The position numbers and the translations under genes were made by a program. Shown here piece by piece: positions 51,996 through 63,760 of a DNA stretch of 64,000 bases. Origin of the DNA: Squalus acanthias (Eukaryota); the NCBI GenBank assembly GCA_030390025.1, contig CM059432.1, forward strand, positions 70,806,001 to 70,870,000, read 5' to 3'. A model generated the notes under the pieces. That model was given only the letters and a program-made list of their open reading frames with translations. It did no database searches and was not told the origin of the DNA. Each line of letters opens with the position of its first letter. The first letter of the stretch is position 1.

Positions 51996-53337
51996 TGCCC
52001 GGAATTTGCGGTCAGTGGCGAAGCGAAGGCATATGCCGCTGGTCTCGAAGTACTCTTTGCACAAGGATCTTGTGTCGAGAACTTAGGGTTTTCCGACCTT
52101 TAATTCAAATCAATGGAGTTTAGTGGAGATTCCCTTGTGTGAACTGCTGTGATGTCAACATTCTATCTAAGCAGCCAATCAAAGTGTAGAATTCTCACAG
52201 ATAGCGAACAAGGAAGTGAGTAAGCTCTTAAAATTCTAACTTTTAAAAAATGTTAGAGAGAGCAAAACTGAGATTGGGGCTCTCACATGGGGAAAAGGCA
52301 AACCTGAAATAAAGATGGACAAAAGTAAAAAAAATTACATTTAAAAAAAAAGTTGCTTAAAAATCTTAATTTTTACTAAAATGGACAAATTTCACACTGC
52401 ACAAAATTAAAATTAGTTTTCCAGGCCCTTAACATTTGTTTAGCAATGATGACACTGTTAAAACTCCAGTTGCACCTAATCCCTTTGGGCTGGATTTTCA
52501 TTGACCCGTGGAGGTTGGTTTGGAGGCGTGTGGGGGGTTAAAATTGCGAAAACTGGCGGGCGGGCACAAGCCTGCCTCCATCCCGCCTCCACGCAATTTT
52601 CATTAAATCGTGTCTGTTGGTCCTGACTCCGTCCCGCCTCTAAGAGGCGGGATAGGCTGTTAAGGCCCTTAACAAGCACTAAATTGCCTCTATAATGCCA
52701 TTTTGAAAGGCCTTTGTGATTTTAACTCTTTTTCTACGTGAAGCACGCCTGTTCTGAACCACGAATGTGAAACCTGGTGGGAGCACATTTGGCTGGCTGG
52801 CTGGCTAGCTGGATGGCTGGATGGATGGATGGGAGGGAGGGAGACATATCTGGGAGTGGTGGTGCAAAAATATCTGGGAGCAGACTTAGGGCTGCTGCTG
52901 CTCATTTTGCATCCAGGTCCTCTCACAGCAAAGGCCAGGCAGTCTTTGCAGACCTTCAATGCAGCAGCAATGATGACATCATCAGAGGCGACTTTCAGAC
53001 TGAAAACACTAATTGGTTCATGGGTTCCCACATGCTGGAACTCAAATGCCCAATTAGGTGAAAATCGCATCAATCTCCCACATCCAATTGCAGTCGGGTG
53101 GATAACACGAAAAGTGGATGACACGACCCCAACCCGCCCCAGTATCAAAATCCAGCCCTTTGGGTCTAACTTTTAGTGGGGAATTTAACAGTGTACTTAC
53201 TGCGGAAGAGCTAAAATTTTCATCATTTTCCTGATTGGGGGGGGGGGCGGGATGGCGGGGTGTGGCGGGCACAGTTTCAAAGACAGAATGACGGCAAACG
53301 CTGCCAGTTCGCTGTCATCCCGACCGCAAATTATTAT
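51996..53337. mobile_element. Harbinger-type MITE (outer)
   Basis: TIR core AATTTGCGGTC / GACCGCAAATT; ATT on both flanks; right terminus degraded. Confidence 0.7.
52487..53158. mobile_element. Harbinger-type MITE nested in the previous MITE
   Basis: Perfect 12-bp TIR GGGCTGGATTTT / AAAATCCAGCCC; TSD TTT. Confidence 0.9.
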
Positions 53338-53457
53338 ATTGTATTTCAGGATTCTTACTGGTGTTTTGGAATCATATTCTGCAATTTAGTTCATTTTCCT
53401 GTGATAACTGAAACCCAGTGGCTTCACATATGACATACCAAAAGTAATAGTTACAAT

Positions 53458-53534
53458 AATGAGAAGTCGCACAACACCAGGTGATAGTCCAACAGATTTA
53501 TTTAATTTTACAAGCTTTCAGAACAGTTCGCTCC
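53458..53534 (-). mobile_element. 77-bp insertion, probably a pLTR fragment of a second Penelope family
   Basis: 12-bp TSD AATAGTTACAAT at 53446-57 and 53535-46. Minus strand reads GGAGCGAACTGTTCT-GAAAGCTT, the 3' half of a hammerhead-like motif. Family call is from memory. Confidence 0.6.
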
Positions 53535-55079
53535 AATAGTTACAATGACAGTGCAGTGGGACATGAACTTGTAATGACCTATGTTGCAGCTATACCCAAT
53601 ATTCCATCGGTTGTATTATGGGAAAAAAACTAATTTCTGTGTTAGATTTAGAAGATTTTGAAACAAGAATAGTCCAGATGGTACTACATTAATTTTATAA
53701 GGCGGTGGGGTGGGGGGCTGTTGGTGGTGTGGGTGTTCAGGAGACCTGCCCCCAGGACATTTTGATTTCTTGACATATGTTGGTGCATTTTCTAGCATTT
53801 CGAAGTGTACTATGACTTTTTTTCTTGCTTTCTTTCTCTATTCTTTTGCTATGCTTTCCCTTTTCCATAGAAATTTCTGACTTTTCTAATACTTCTGTTG
53901 AAATTCAGCCCAATTATGCATCTTTACCACCTTTCATGCATGTGTGGTTATGTAGTCCTATTCTTTCGACCCATGAGCAATGCCATGGAACTTGAAGTAG
54001 TTCAATTAGAAAACCCAATACAATTCAAAATGAGTATGTCTCAAGTGAAACAAATAAATAATCAAAACAAAATGTGTTGCACTGTGTTAAGTGAAAAAAG
54101 CTATTGAACAAATTGGCTGGAATTTTCCGTGGGTCCATGCGGGCGCGATCGAAAGCGGGTTGGGTAGGAAAGTTGAAATTTCTTGCAGTGGGTCAGGAAC
54201 CGATCGTCATCCCACCCCCACGTGCCTTTCCCTCGGGCGCGTCTATCAGCGCGGCAGTGACCTGACCGGCAGAGGCAGGCAACCCAATTTAAAGGATTAT
54301 TAGCTTGTTGTCAGACCCTTAAGAGTCTTTTTAACCTTACCTTTCCAATTTCACTGGATGCCCACGGGACTCACGCTGCTCGGGGACCATGTCTGTCAAC
54401 CTGAGGCGGGAGTTGAGTGGCCATTGATCCAGCTGATTAGTTGACAGTATCAAATGTAGTATAAAAGCTCCCACCTGACAGTTGACCACTTTCCACAGGC
54501 AGAAACTGTTGCTCACTGCATTGCCAGCACAGATTGAGCTTTCTGCAGGCTGCAAGTCTTTCCAGCAAAGTCTCCATCCAGTGTCACCTCATTGGAAGAA
54601 CCTCTTTCACCATTGACAGATTGCTTCTGTCATCTCTACTTCACCTGCCATGTATTCCATCAACATGGGTGCCGTTTATACTGTCTCACCTTAGTCCTCA
54701 GAATCTGACCACGATGAGCCCCAATACCAGCAGCACCAACAACAACAACACTAATCTTCTCCGCAATCATCTGATGCTGCACAGAACAGAGGGCATCAGC
54801 ACCCGAGCACATTGCTGCCCGGGAGGCCAGGGATGGCCTCATCATGGCCAGATTTACTTCACTTTACACTGTACACCCATATGGCTGCCAGATGATGCGC
54901 CAGGTTGGCACCTTCCCACATCAACACCATAAAACATCCCTACAATGACCAAGCCATTCCTTTCACACTCATGACCATTGTTGGAGGTATCATTATGTCT
55001 CACCATTCACTGCAACTCACTAAGCCACTTCCAAAGGTGCACACAAATCTGTCCAAGACCATAAAGTGTTGAAAGTAAA

Positions 55080-56321
55080 GACGGCTAGATGGGGAAAGGC
55101 TGTTCCCACTAGTCGATGGTACAAGGACTAGAGGACACAGATTTAAGGTTTTGGGCAAGAGATACAGGGGGGATGTGAGGAAAAACTTTTTTTACGCAGC
55201 GAGTGGTGAGATCTGGAACTCGCTGCCGACAGAAGTGGTGGAAGCGGAGACACTCAATGTTTTCAAGGGGAGACTGGATAGGCACTTGAGGGAAATAAAC
55301 TTGCAGGGCAATGGGGATAGAGCGGGGGAATGGGACTGACTGGATTGCTCTACAGAGAGCCGGCATGGACTTGATGGGCCGAATGGCCTCCTTCTGTGCC
55401 GTTATGACTCTATGGGGGAAAAATTAGGTCGCGCCCCATTTGGGGCGCAAATATCGTCTGGACGCAAATATTAGCGCCTGGCGCTAATTATCGCCACTGA
55501 CTGGAAACTTCACTTTTACCGCCCCGGGAGGTGAGTGGAGCGCTAAATCAGGCGCTGCACACCTGTCTTAAGGCGCAAAGGCCAAGGAGTGAGGCGCTAA
55601 CTCAGAGCGCTGGCGAAGCTCATGTAATGTCAGTCAGCAATGGAACACACACACAATGGCACGGGCCAGTTCTTAAAGGGGATGGTTAATCTTACTTTCC
55701 ATCCACATCCTGTTCATTGCAGCCTTGAATCTCGGCCTGGAGAGACTTGCACATCAAATGTGCTGGAAAGAACAATGGAGAGTACCAGGCAAAGAGCTCA
55801 GAGTGCAGCTCCCACAGTCTCTGCTAAATCGATACAAGGAATGGCAAATCAAAATGAACCTGCAAAGTGCTGCTCAGTACCCAAAACTCCTTCACACAAT
55901 GTTGAATCTCTCCAGAAGTCTCTCCCTCTCTCTCTCAGAATGCGTAGTTCAAAAATGCCACCAACAATAAAAGGCAGGAAGCGGTCACCTTTAAATAGCG
56001 CTCCCCCTTCCCCTTCATGACTGCAGAACGCTCCCCTCAACCTGTCGTTGCTAGCGTCAGGCGGTAAGGCAGGGGGCGCCACTCAATTTCCGCTCCGGGG
56101 CGCCACAAGGGCGTTGCACCATGGAATGACGTCACAATCTGCGCGCGCAGGTGGTCGCAGCGGTAAAGTTTAGCGCCGCCGCACAATGTCAAGTTAAGTT
56201 CCCGAGCGGCGCAAACATCGCTGCGCCCGGGCGTTAGCGGCTTTGCGCCCCATTAGCGCCCTCTTAAGGCGCTAACGGGAGGCGCAACCAACTGAATTTT
56301 TACCCCTATGACTATGACTCT
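55080..56321 (+). mobile_element. CR1 3' fragment whose (TATGACTC)n tail is split by a MITE
   Basis: GDVRKNFF...IWNSLP; tail resumes at 56307. Confidence 0.85.
55414..56306. mobile_element. Harbinger-type MITE with GGCGCTAA-rich subtermini
   Basis: TIR GGGGGAAAAATT / AATTTTTACCCC; TSD TAT at 55411-13 and 56307-09. Confidence 0.88.
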
Positions 56322-57560
56322 GCACTTCTTCCTGCACCTCCTGGATCGCCCTCTTTCTGGATGGCCCCCGAGGCTCAGCGTCTACATGCACCTGAGCAGA
56401 GCTGGAAGTGTCCTGCGCCCTCCGGCGAGGACTCTCCACTGCTGTCCCTGTCTTCACCATATGCTCTTGCTCACTTGTGACTTGTGAGACACCAGGTAAC
56501 AACACTACTCTGTGTCGCGTGGGACCCACCCAGGTGTGCATATCTGCACTGGCGTTGGGTTCGCTTAGGTCTGATGTTGGTGCGCCCTCAGACACTGGAG
56601 GCTCCTCTGAGGAGACATCTTCCTCTTCCTCCTGGACAGTTGGGGGGGAGGAGGGCAGGGCTTTTGATGGGCCTGTGGGAGAGTAAAGAGATGAGTTAGA
56701 TATATCATATGAAGAATGGGTACAGATACCATTATGCACATGATGACCATTCAATGGCTGCTGACATCAGTCCCATATGAGTAACTGATGTATACTATGT
56801 AGCTGTATGATATGTAATTCTGTCACCAGGTTGCTGAGCTGTCCACCTCTCTCCATTTCCCACCTCCAGCTGCTCAGTGACTCCAGATATTTCTAAAGCA
56901 GCCTCCTCTGCAGTTGTAAGGTTTGCAAATGATGGAGGGCCACCGCCGGTTCTCCCTCTCTCCCTCTTATTGTGGGTTCTCTCTTCCTGCAAGGAGGGAA
57001 AGAAGAGAAGGTTGAGTGAGAGTGATGGAATGAGTGTAAGGAATGGATCTTTAGAGGGTGACTATGATGGAGTGGGGTGCCAAAGCCAAGCGACCTCCTT
57101 GTGTGTTGTTAGTTGGTATGATTGCACTAGGATGAGGGTGAGTGTGAGGGGTGGTTAGTCAGATGGGGATGTGATAATGTAGATGGAGAGAGAGAGATGG
57201 GTGGACGTGCAAGTTATGTTGGTGTGAGTAAGGCTGTGCAGGAGCAGGGTTGGGAAGGCAGACTGATGGGGATATGATGAGAGGCACAGCAGGATGAAGG
57301 TGAGTGTGGCTTTGCACTCACGTTTCCCGATCTAATGAGATCATTGAAACGTTTGTGGCACTGCACCCAGGTCCTCCTGAACACATCCCTGCTGCTGACC
57401 TCCTTTGCAGTCACCAACCAGGCTGTTTCGGGCTCCTGGGGAGGTCTCTTCTGCCCATTGGAAGGGAAGAGGACCTCCCTGCATGCTCTGACTCCCTCCA
57501 CAAGCATATGGAGGGAGTCATCGGAGAACCTGGGTGCAGCCCTCTGCCTCTTTGCAATGA
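56322..57560 (-). pseudogene. Harbinger Myb/SANT-like gene, spliced, 3' truncated
   Basis: RAAPRFSDDSL...RTWVQCHKRFNDL..N|GTGAGT; acceptor cttgcAG into EERTHNKRERGRTGGGPP; third exon after cccacAG at ~56672. Confidence 0.8.
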
Positions 57561-58026
57561 TTGTCAGTGTTTGCAGCACTCCAATGCTGTAGTGCACTGA
57601 CTGCACTATTTTAGATTAACCTTCAAATGTAATGTGGCCATGGCCCCTTTAAATATCCCAGCTGAAAATGCGTCATGGATGACGTTAGCAGACCGGCACC
57701 ATTTAATTAGGCCGGGTAACGCGCAGCGTGGGCTTAATAGGCCTATTGACGTAAAGTCATTTTGTACAGTGGGATGGAGCCAGCTACGGGGTCGCGACCC
57801 GCCATGGCCACCGCCCGCACTGGACCTGCCCAGGTAGGGAAAATTCCAGCCATTGTATTTTGTAGCAATTGAGTTAATCTGTGGTTTGACTAATTTTGGA
57901 ATTAAATAACTCAGGAGAGTTTATATACAATGTTATCAACATTTTACTGAGGCCAAGGGCTTTCAGCTTTTAAATGAAACTATCATTTTTATTTTCAGAG
58001 CTGAATCTCACCATTGGTATTTAATA

Positions 58027-58620
58027 AAGGTCAGAGGCTAGGTATTCTGCGGCGAATGTCTCACCTCCTGACTCCCCAAAGCCTTTCCACCATCTACAAG
58101 GCACAAGTAAGGAGTGTGACGGAATACTCTCCACTTGCCTGGATGAGTGCAGCTCCAACAACACTCAAGAAGTTTGACACCATCCAGGACAAAGCAGCCC
58201 GCTTGATTGGCACCCCATCCACCACTTTAAACATTCATTCCCTCCACCACCGGCGTACTGTGGCTGCAGTGTGTACCATCTACAAGATGCACTGCAGCAA
58301 CTCGCCAAGGCTTCTTCGGCAGCTCCCCCCAAACCCGCGACCTCTACCACCTAGAAGGACAAGGGCAGCAGGTGCATGGGAACACCATCACCTGTGAGTT
58401 CCCCTCCATGTCACACACCATCCTGACTTAGAAGTATATCGCCGATCCTTCATCGTCGATTGGTCAAAATCCTGGAACTCCCTCCCTAACAGCACTGTGG
58501 GAGTACCTTCACCTCACAGACTGCAGCGGTTCAAGAAGACGGCTCACCACCACCTTCTCAAGAGCAATTAGGGATGGGCAATAAATGCTGGCTTTGCCAG
58601 CGACGCCCACATCCCATAAA
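58027..58620 (+). mobile_element. LINE family J 3' fragment
   Basis: ORF 58014-58397 (IYKAQVRSVTEYSPLAW...HRRTVAAV); 3' end GCCAGCGACGCCCACATCCC. Confidence 0.88.
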
Positions 58621-59858
58621 ACGAATAATTTTTTTTAATACTAATGTCAGCATTATAGTTAACTTAAGCACGAAAAGGATATATCATTATTATTCATTTT
58701 AGAAATGAAAGGTAAAAAGTTATCATTAACTTCCTTTCGTTTTCCTTTGATGAGGGCTGCCACTATTTTTCTAAATTAGGGTTACCTGCCTTTATGCTTT
58801 CATTTTCTTACAGTATACATTACTGTAGTTCTCCAAGTACATAGCAAGAGACATTAAAACCATGGCTCCTAATATATCATATATTCAGTAAACTACACGC
58901 AAAAATTACTGACTCTTTCCTCTCATTGACTGTGTTATTTTTATTTTTATGATCCATGTTTCAGCATCTCATGCAATAGTCTCATATACATTTTTGAGAT
59001 CATATTCTGACTCCAAATCACCATTTATTTGCCAAATAAACAAGAACATAGGCTGTACTACCATAGAGAAAGCTTCTGAAATATTTAAATATTAAAACAA
59101 AATAAACAATTAACAGGACCTAAACTTTACAAAGACATCAGTGCTGTGCCAGAAAGGAAATAGCCCAGATAACCTAATTTCCATTTGACCTTCTGATTCA
59201 GATTCAGAAATCAAAATGTAGATTATGTAAATTTGAGTTCAGATTTGAAAATAAGTATCATTTATACACTATTAAGGCCAAAGCTGCATGCAGTAATAAG
59301 GCTCAGCCACCAGAGGGAAACATAATGAGACCCTCTCCACCACAGGATGTGACTGTTCAGACCCTCAGCTGGGAACAAGAAATGGAGATGAAGATCCTTC
59401 CTATACCAGTTTTATCCAATATGTTAGCCACAATATGTTAGCATGTGGCTAATTGGGCAGCCAGATGTGGCTAATTGCATCTTTGATTCGTAAATAAAAA
59501 ATTAATAATAGACATTGTTGTTGAGCATGTGAGATCAATACTCTTTTACGCATGGGGTATGCATGCGTAGTTTAACTTTTTTATGTGTTTGTTGGTAAAA
59601 TGGTAAGATGAAAAGCAGAGTGTGTGCTTTACTTCCTTGGTTACTGCTTATTGTTAATCTGCTAAAATGGTGTGTTACACGGGTGAAAACGCTAGGCTTT
59701 GGTATCATGGAAACACCAGCAACATTGTATGGAGAGGGGAGCTGTCATCATGGTCAGCTCGATCGATAACTGCTTCAGGCAAGCAGAATAAAGCAAGCCT
59801 GTCCAATAATAAGCGGCTGCAATGGGGTATGTCATGGCAAAGGGAAAGCAGCATCCAA

Positions 59859-60614
59859 CAGCGTGGGCCTGAGCGGGAGCGGTGGCAGCGGAGGCGGCGG
59901 CTTAAACGGAGCACCGGAGAAGGCCCAGAGCACAGCGTGGACCTGAGCGGGAGCAGCGGATTAAACGGAGCACCGGAGAAGGCCCAGAGCACAGCGCGGA
60001 CCTGAGCGGGAGCAGCGGATTAAACGGAGCACCGGAGAAGGCCCAGAGCACAGCGCGGACCTGAGCGGGAGCAGCGGATTAAACGGAGCACCGGAGAAGG
60101 CCCAGAGCACAGCGCGGACCTGAGCGGGAGCAGCGGATTAAACGGAGCACCGGAGAAGGCCCAGAGCACAGCGCGGACCTGAGCGGGAGCAGCGGATTAA
60201 ACGGAGCACCGGAGAAGGCCCAGAGCACAGCGCGGACCTGAGCGGGAGCAGCGGATTAAACGGAGCACCGGAGAAGGCCCAGAGCACAGCGCGGACCTGA
60301 GCGGGAGCAGCGGATTAAACGGAGCACCGGAGAAGGCCCAGAGCACAGCGCGGACCTGAGCGGGAGCAGCGGATTAAACGGAGCACCGGAGAAGGCCCAG
60401 AGCACAGCGCGGACCTGAGCGGGAGCAGCGGATTAAACGGAGCACCGGAGAAGGCCCAGAGCACAGCGCGGACCTGAGCGGGAGCAGCGGATTAAACGGA
60501 GTACCGGAGAAGGCCCAGAGCACAGCGCGGACCTGAGCGGGAGCAGCGGATTAAACGGAGCACCGGAGAAGGCCCAGAGCACAGCGCGGACCTGAGCGGG
60601 AGCAGCGGATTAAA
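59859..60614 (+). repeat. 59-bp GC-rich tandem array, ~12.5 copies, at the 5' end of a CR1
   Basis: Unit GAGCGGGAGCAGCGGATTAAACGGAGCACCGGAGAAGGCCCAGAGCACAGCGCGGACCT starts at 59945, 60004...60594. Confidence 0.96.
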
Positions 60615-61916
60615 AAAGCAAAAAAACAAGGAGTGATGTCACAGGACAGCAGGTAGGTGATTGGTTGGTGAGTATTACAGCTCTTTTGCTCTCTAGGTGG
60701 ATTAAATTCAGAATTGGGACAGTATTAATTACTACAACTTTATTGAATTAATAACTTAAACAAAATTAACTAATTAAAATTAAAAATGAACATTAAAAAT
60801 AATCGTTTGAATAAATACTGTAACTAATTATATAAATCAAATAAGGTTAGATAGAAATGGCGGTGCAGGTGGTGTGTCATAACTGCAGCATGTGGGAGTT
60901 CATGCAGATGAATGAGATCCCGAGCAACCATATCAGCGGTAAGTGCCTGCAGCTCGAGGAACTTCGGCTCAGAGTTGTTGAGCTGGAGTCTGAGTTGCAG
61001 ACATCGCGATGCATCAGGGAGCGGGAGAGTTACCTGGACACTTTATTCCAGGAGGCAGTCACACCCCTTAGGTTAAGCAGTACTTTAGAGTTAGTCAATG
61101 GTCAGGGACAGGAGGGTGTGACTACGAGTCAGGAAGGTATGGGGTCCCACGATATAGTGATGGAGGAGCCTCAGCCCTTGACCTTGTCCAACAGGTACGA
61201 GGTACTTGCTGCCTGTATGGATGAGAACAAGGACTGCAGGGAGGATGGGCTAACTGACCACGGCACCGTGGTACAGGAGGCCATTCAAGTGGGGGGAATT
61301 AAAAGGAATGTGGTAGTGGTAGGTGACAGTATAGTCAGGGGGGTAGATACTGTTCTCTGCAGCCGTGACAGGGAGTACCGAAGGCTGTGTTGCCTGCCTG
61401 GTGCCAGGGTTTAGGATATCTCCTCACGGCTGGAGAAGAACTTGGAATGGGAGGGGGAGGATCCAGTTGTCGTGGTCCACATAGGAACCAACGACATAGG
61501 TAGAACTAGGAATGAGGTTCTGCTGAGGGAGTTTGAGGAGCTGGGATCCAAATTAAAAAGCAGAACCTCACCGGTAATAATCTCTGGATTGTTACGTGAG
61601 CCACATGCAAATTGGCATACGGACAAACAGATTAGAGCTTTAAATGCGTGGCTCAAAGAGAGGTGTGGGAGGAAGGAGTTTCAGCTCATGGGGCACAGGC
61701 ACCAGTACAGGGGAAAGAGGAGCTGTTCCGATGGGACGGGCTCCACTTAAACCGGGCTGGGACCAGGGTCCTGGCGAATCGAATAACTAGGGCAGTAGAG
61801 AGGGGGATTGGGAGGATTCAGGAAAGAGTAAATTTAAAAACAGCAAGAGAAATGTCAAGGCGCTAGAGCAGAGTAGAGTTTTGGGTAAAAATAAGCAGAG
61901 TGGGTCAGGAAGGAAC

Positions 61917-62115
61917 TCGCTGCTGACGGAAGTGGTGGAAGTGGAGACACTCAATGTTTTCAAGGGAGACTGGATAGGCACTTGAGGGAAATAAAATTGC
62001 AGGGCTACGGGGATAGAGCGGGGGAATGGGACTGACTGGATTGCTCTACAGAGAGCCGGCATGGACTCGATGGGCCAAATGGCCTCTTTCTGTGCCATTA
62101 TGACTCTGTGACTCT
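61917..62115 (+). mobile_element. CR1 3' tail (same family as 55.1 kb) inserted between ORF1 and ORF2
   Basis: 7-bp TSD AAGGAAC at 61910-16 and 62116-22. Confidence 0.88.
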
Positions 62116-63374
62116 AAGGAACAGAGAGAGTAACAAAGGTAATAAGGCACCAGAGACTAAGGTGACATCAGGAAAAAATAGAAATATGTCAAAGCTAAAG
62201 GCACTATATCTGAATGCGTGAAGCATTCGCAACAAAATAGATGAATTAATAGCGTGGATAGAAATTAACAGGTTTGATCTAATAGCCATTACAGAGATGT
62301 GGTTGCAAAGTGGCCAAGGTTGAGAACTAAATATTCCAGGATACTTAACTTTTAGAAGAGATAGGCAAAATGGAAAAAGAGGAGGGGTAGCACTGATAAT
62401 AAAGGATGGGATAAAAACAGTAGAGAGAAAGGATCTTAGCTCTGAAAATCAAGAAGTAGAATCATTTTGCATTGGGCTAAGAAACAGCAAGGGGCAGAAA
62501 ACATTGGTGGGAGTTGTTTATAGGCCCCCAAACAGTAGTTGTAATGTAGGGTGGAGTATAAATCAAGAAATTAGAGGTGCATGTAACAAGGGTAATACAG
62601 TAATCATGGGGGACTTTAATCTACATATAGACTGGGCAAACCAAATTTGCAGTAATAGTGTGGAGGACGAATTCATGGAATGTATCTAAGATAGTTTTCT
62701 AGATCAGTATGTTGAGGAACCAACGAGGGAACAGGCTATTTTAGATCTAGTATTGTGCAACGAGAAAGGGTTAATTAATAACCTTGTAGTAAAAGGGCCT
62801 TTAGGGAAGAGTGACCATAATATGATAGAATTTTATATTGAGTTTGAAAGTGATTTAGTTAAATCCAAAAATAGAGTCTTAAATCTAAACAAAGCAAACT
62901 ATGTAGGTATGAGGGGCAAGTTGGCTAAGGTAGATTGGGAATCTACATTAAAAGGTATGATGGTTGACAAGCAATGGCTAGCATTTAAAGAATTAATATA
63001 TAATTTACAACAAATAAACATTCCTTTAAGGCACAAAAACCCCACAAGAAAAGTGGTCCCACCGTGGCTAACAAGAGAAGTTAAAGATAGTATTAGATTA
63101 AAGGAAGAGGCTTATATTGTTGCCAAAAAGAGTAGTAAGCCTGAGGATTTTGAGGATTTTAGAATTCAGCAAAGGAGGACCAAGAAATGGATAAAGAAAG
63201 GGAAAATAGAATGAGGGTAAACTAGCGAGAGACATAAAAACAGACTGTAAAAGCTTCTATAGGTATGTAAAAAGGAAAAGATTAGCAAAAGTAAGCGTGG
63301 GTCCTTTACAGGCTGAGACAGGCGAAATTATAATGGAGAATAAGGAAATGGCAGAGAAATTAAACAAATACTTT

Positions 63375-63760
63375 GGCTGCGAATTTAATGGAGGAGGTGG
63401 GATGGTGGCGGGACAGCTGGTTTCCTGGTTCCGGTCCCGCTCCCAGCTGCAGCCGCTCTGTAAACGTGATTTTCCCTTGATTGGCCTTGTTAAGCCCGCC
63501 CTGCGGGCTTCCCGACCAATTAACAGGAAGCGGGTCTGATGATGTCATTTGATGACGCACCATCAACCAGTTTCCTTAAAGGGACCATGTCCACATGGAG
63601 TTTGACAGTTGTTCTGTCAGTGTTTGACAGCATTGACAAACACTGACAAGCACTACACAAAGGTGAACACTTGCACCCAGACTTGCTTATGGAGGGAGTC
63701 ACAGCATGCAGGGAGGTTCTCTTCCCTTCCAAGGGCGGAAGAGACCTCCACAGGACACCT
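63375..63760. mobile_element. Left part of a Harbinger-derived element
   Basis: TIR-like GGCTGCGAATTT after C-TTT; Myb remnant (MEGVTACREVLFPS) similar to the gene at 57.5 kb. Confidence 0.75.

Larger units (their letters stand above)
54115..57851. mobile_element. PIF/Harbinger transposon 3 (transposase internally deleted; contains nested CR1 and MITE)
   Basis: Perfect 14-bp TIR GGCTGGAATTTTCC; TSD ATT at 54112-14 and 57852-54. Transposase N-terminal region joins directly to the C-terminal ARDGLIMARF at ~54820. Confidence 0.92.
59859..63374 (+). mobile_element. CR1 LINE with 5'UTR, ORF1 (zinc finger, coiled coil, SGNH esterase) and ORF2 APE domain; decayed
   Basis: ORF1 from 60857: CHNCSMWE, VVVGDSIVRG, HIGTNDI, DGLH, with a stop at 61412 and a frameshift. 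ORF2 from ~62190 with several stops; cut at 63375 by a DNA transposon. Confidence 0.9.

Noticed and set aside
59417..59477. Short duplications and a TTAGCCACA/TGTGGCTAA hairpin
   Set aside because: Too short to assign; likely slippage or an old DNA-transposon remnant. The 20-bp tandem duplication at ~25336-25375 was treated the same way.
57860..59850. Exons of the next syntenic gene (SDR16C5-like in mammals)
   Set aside because: No recognisable SDR peptide or paired splice sites found.
59859..60614. CRISPR-like appearance of regular repeats
   Set aside because: Head-to-tail units with no unique spacers, no cas genes, eukaryotic context. The same applies to the 28-bp array.
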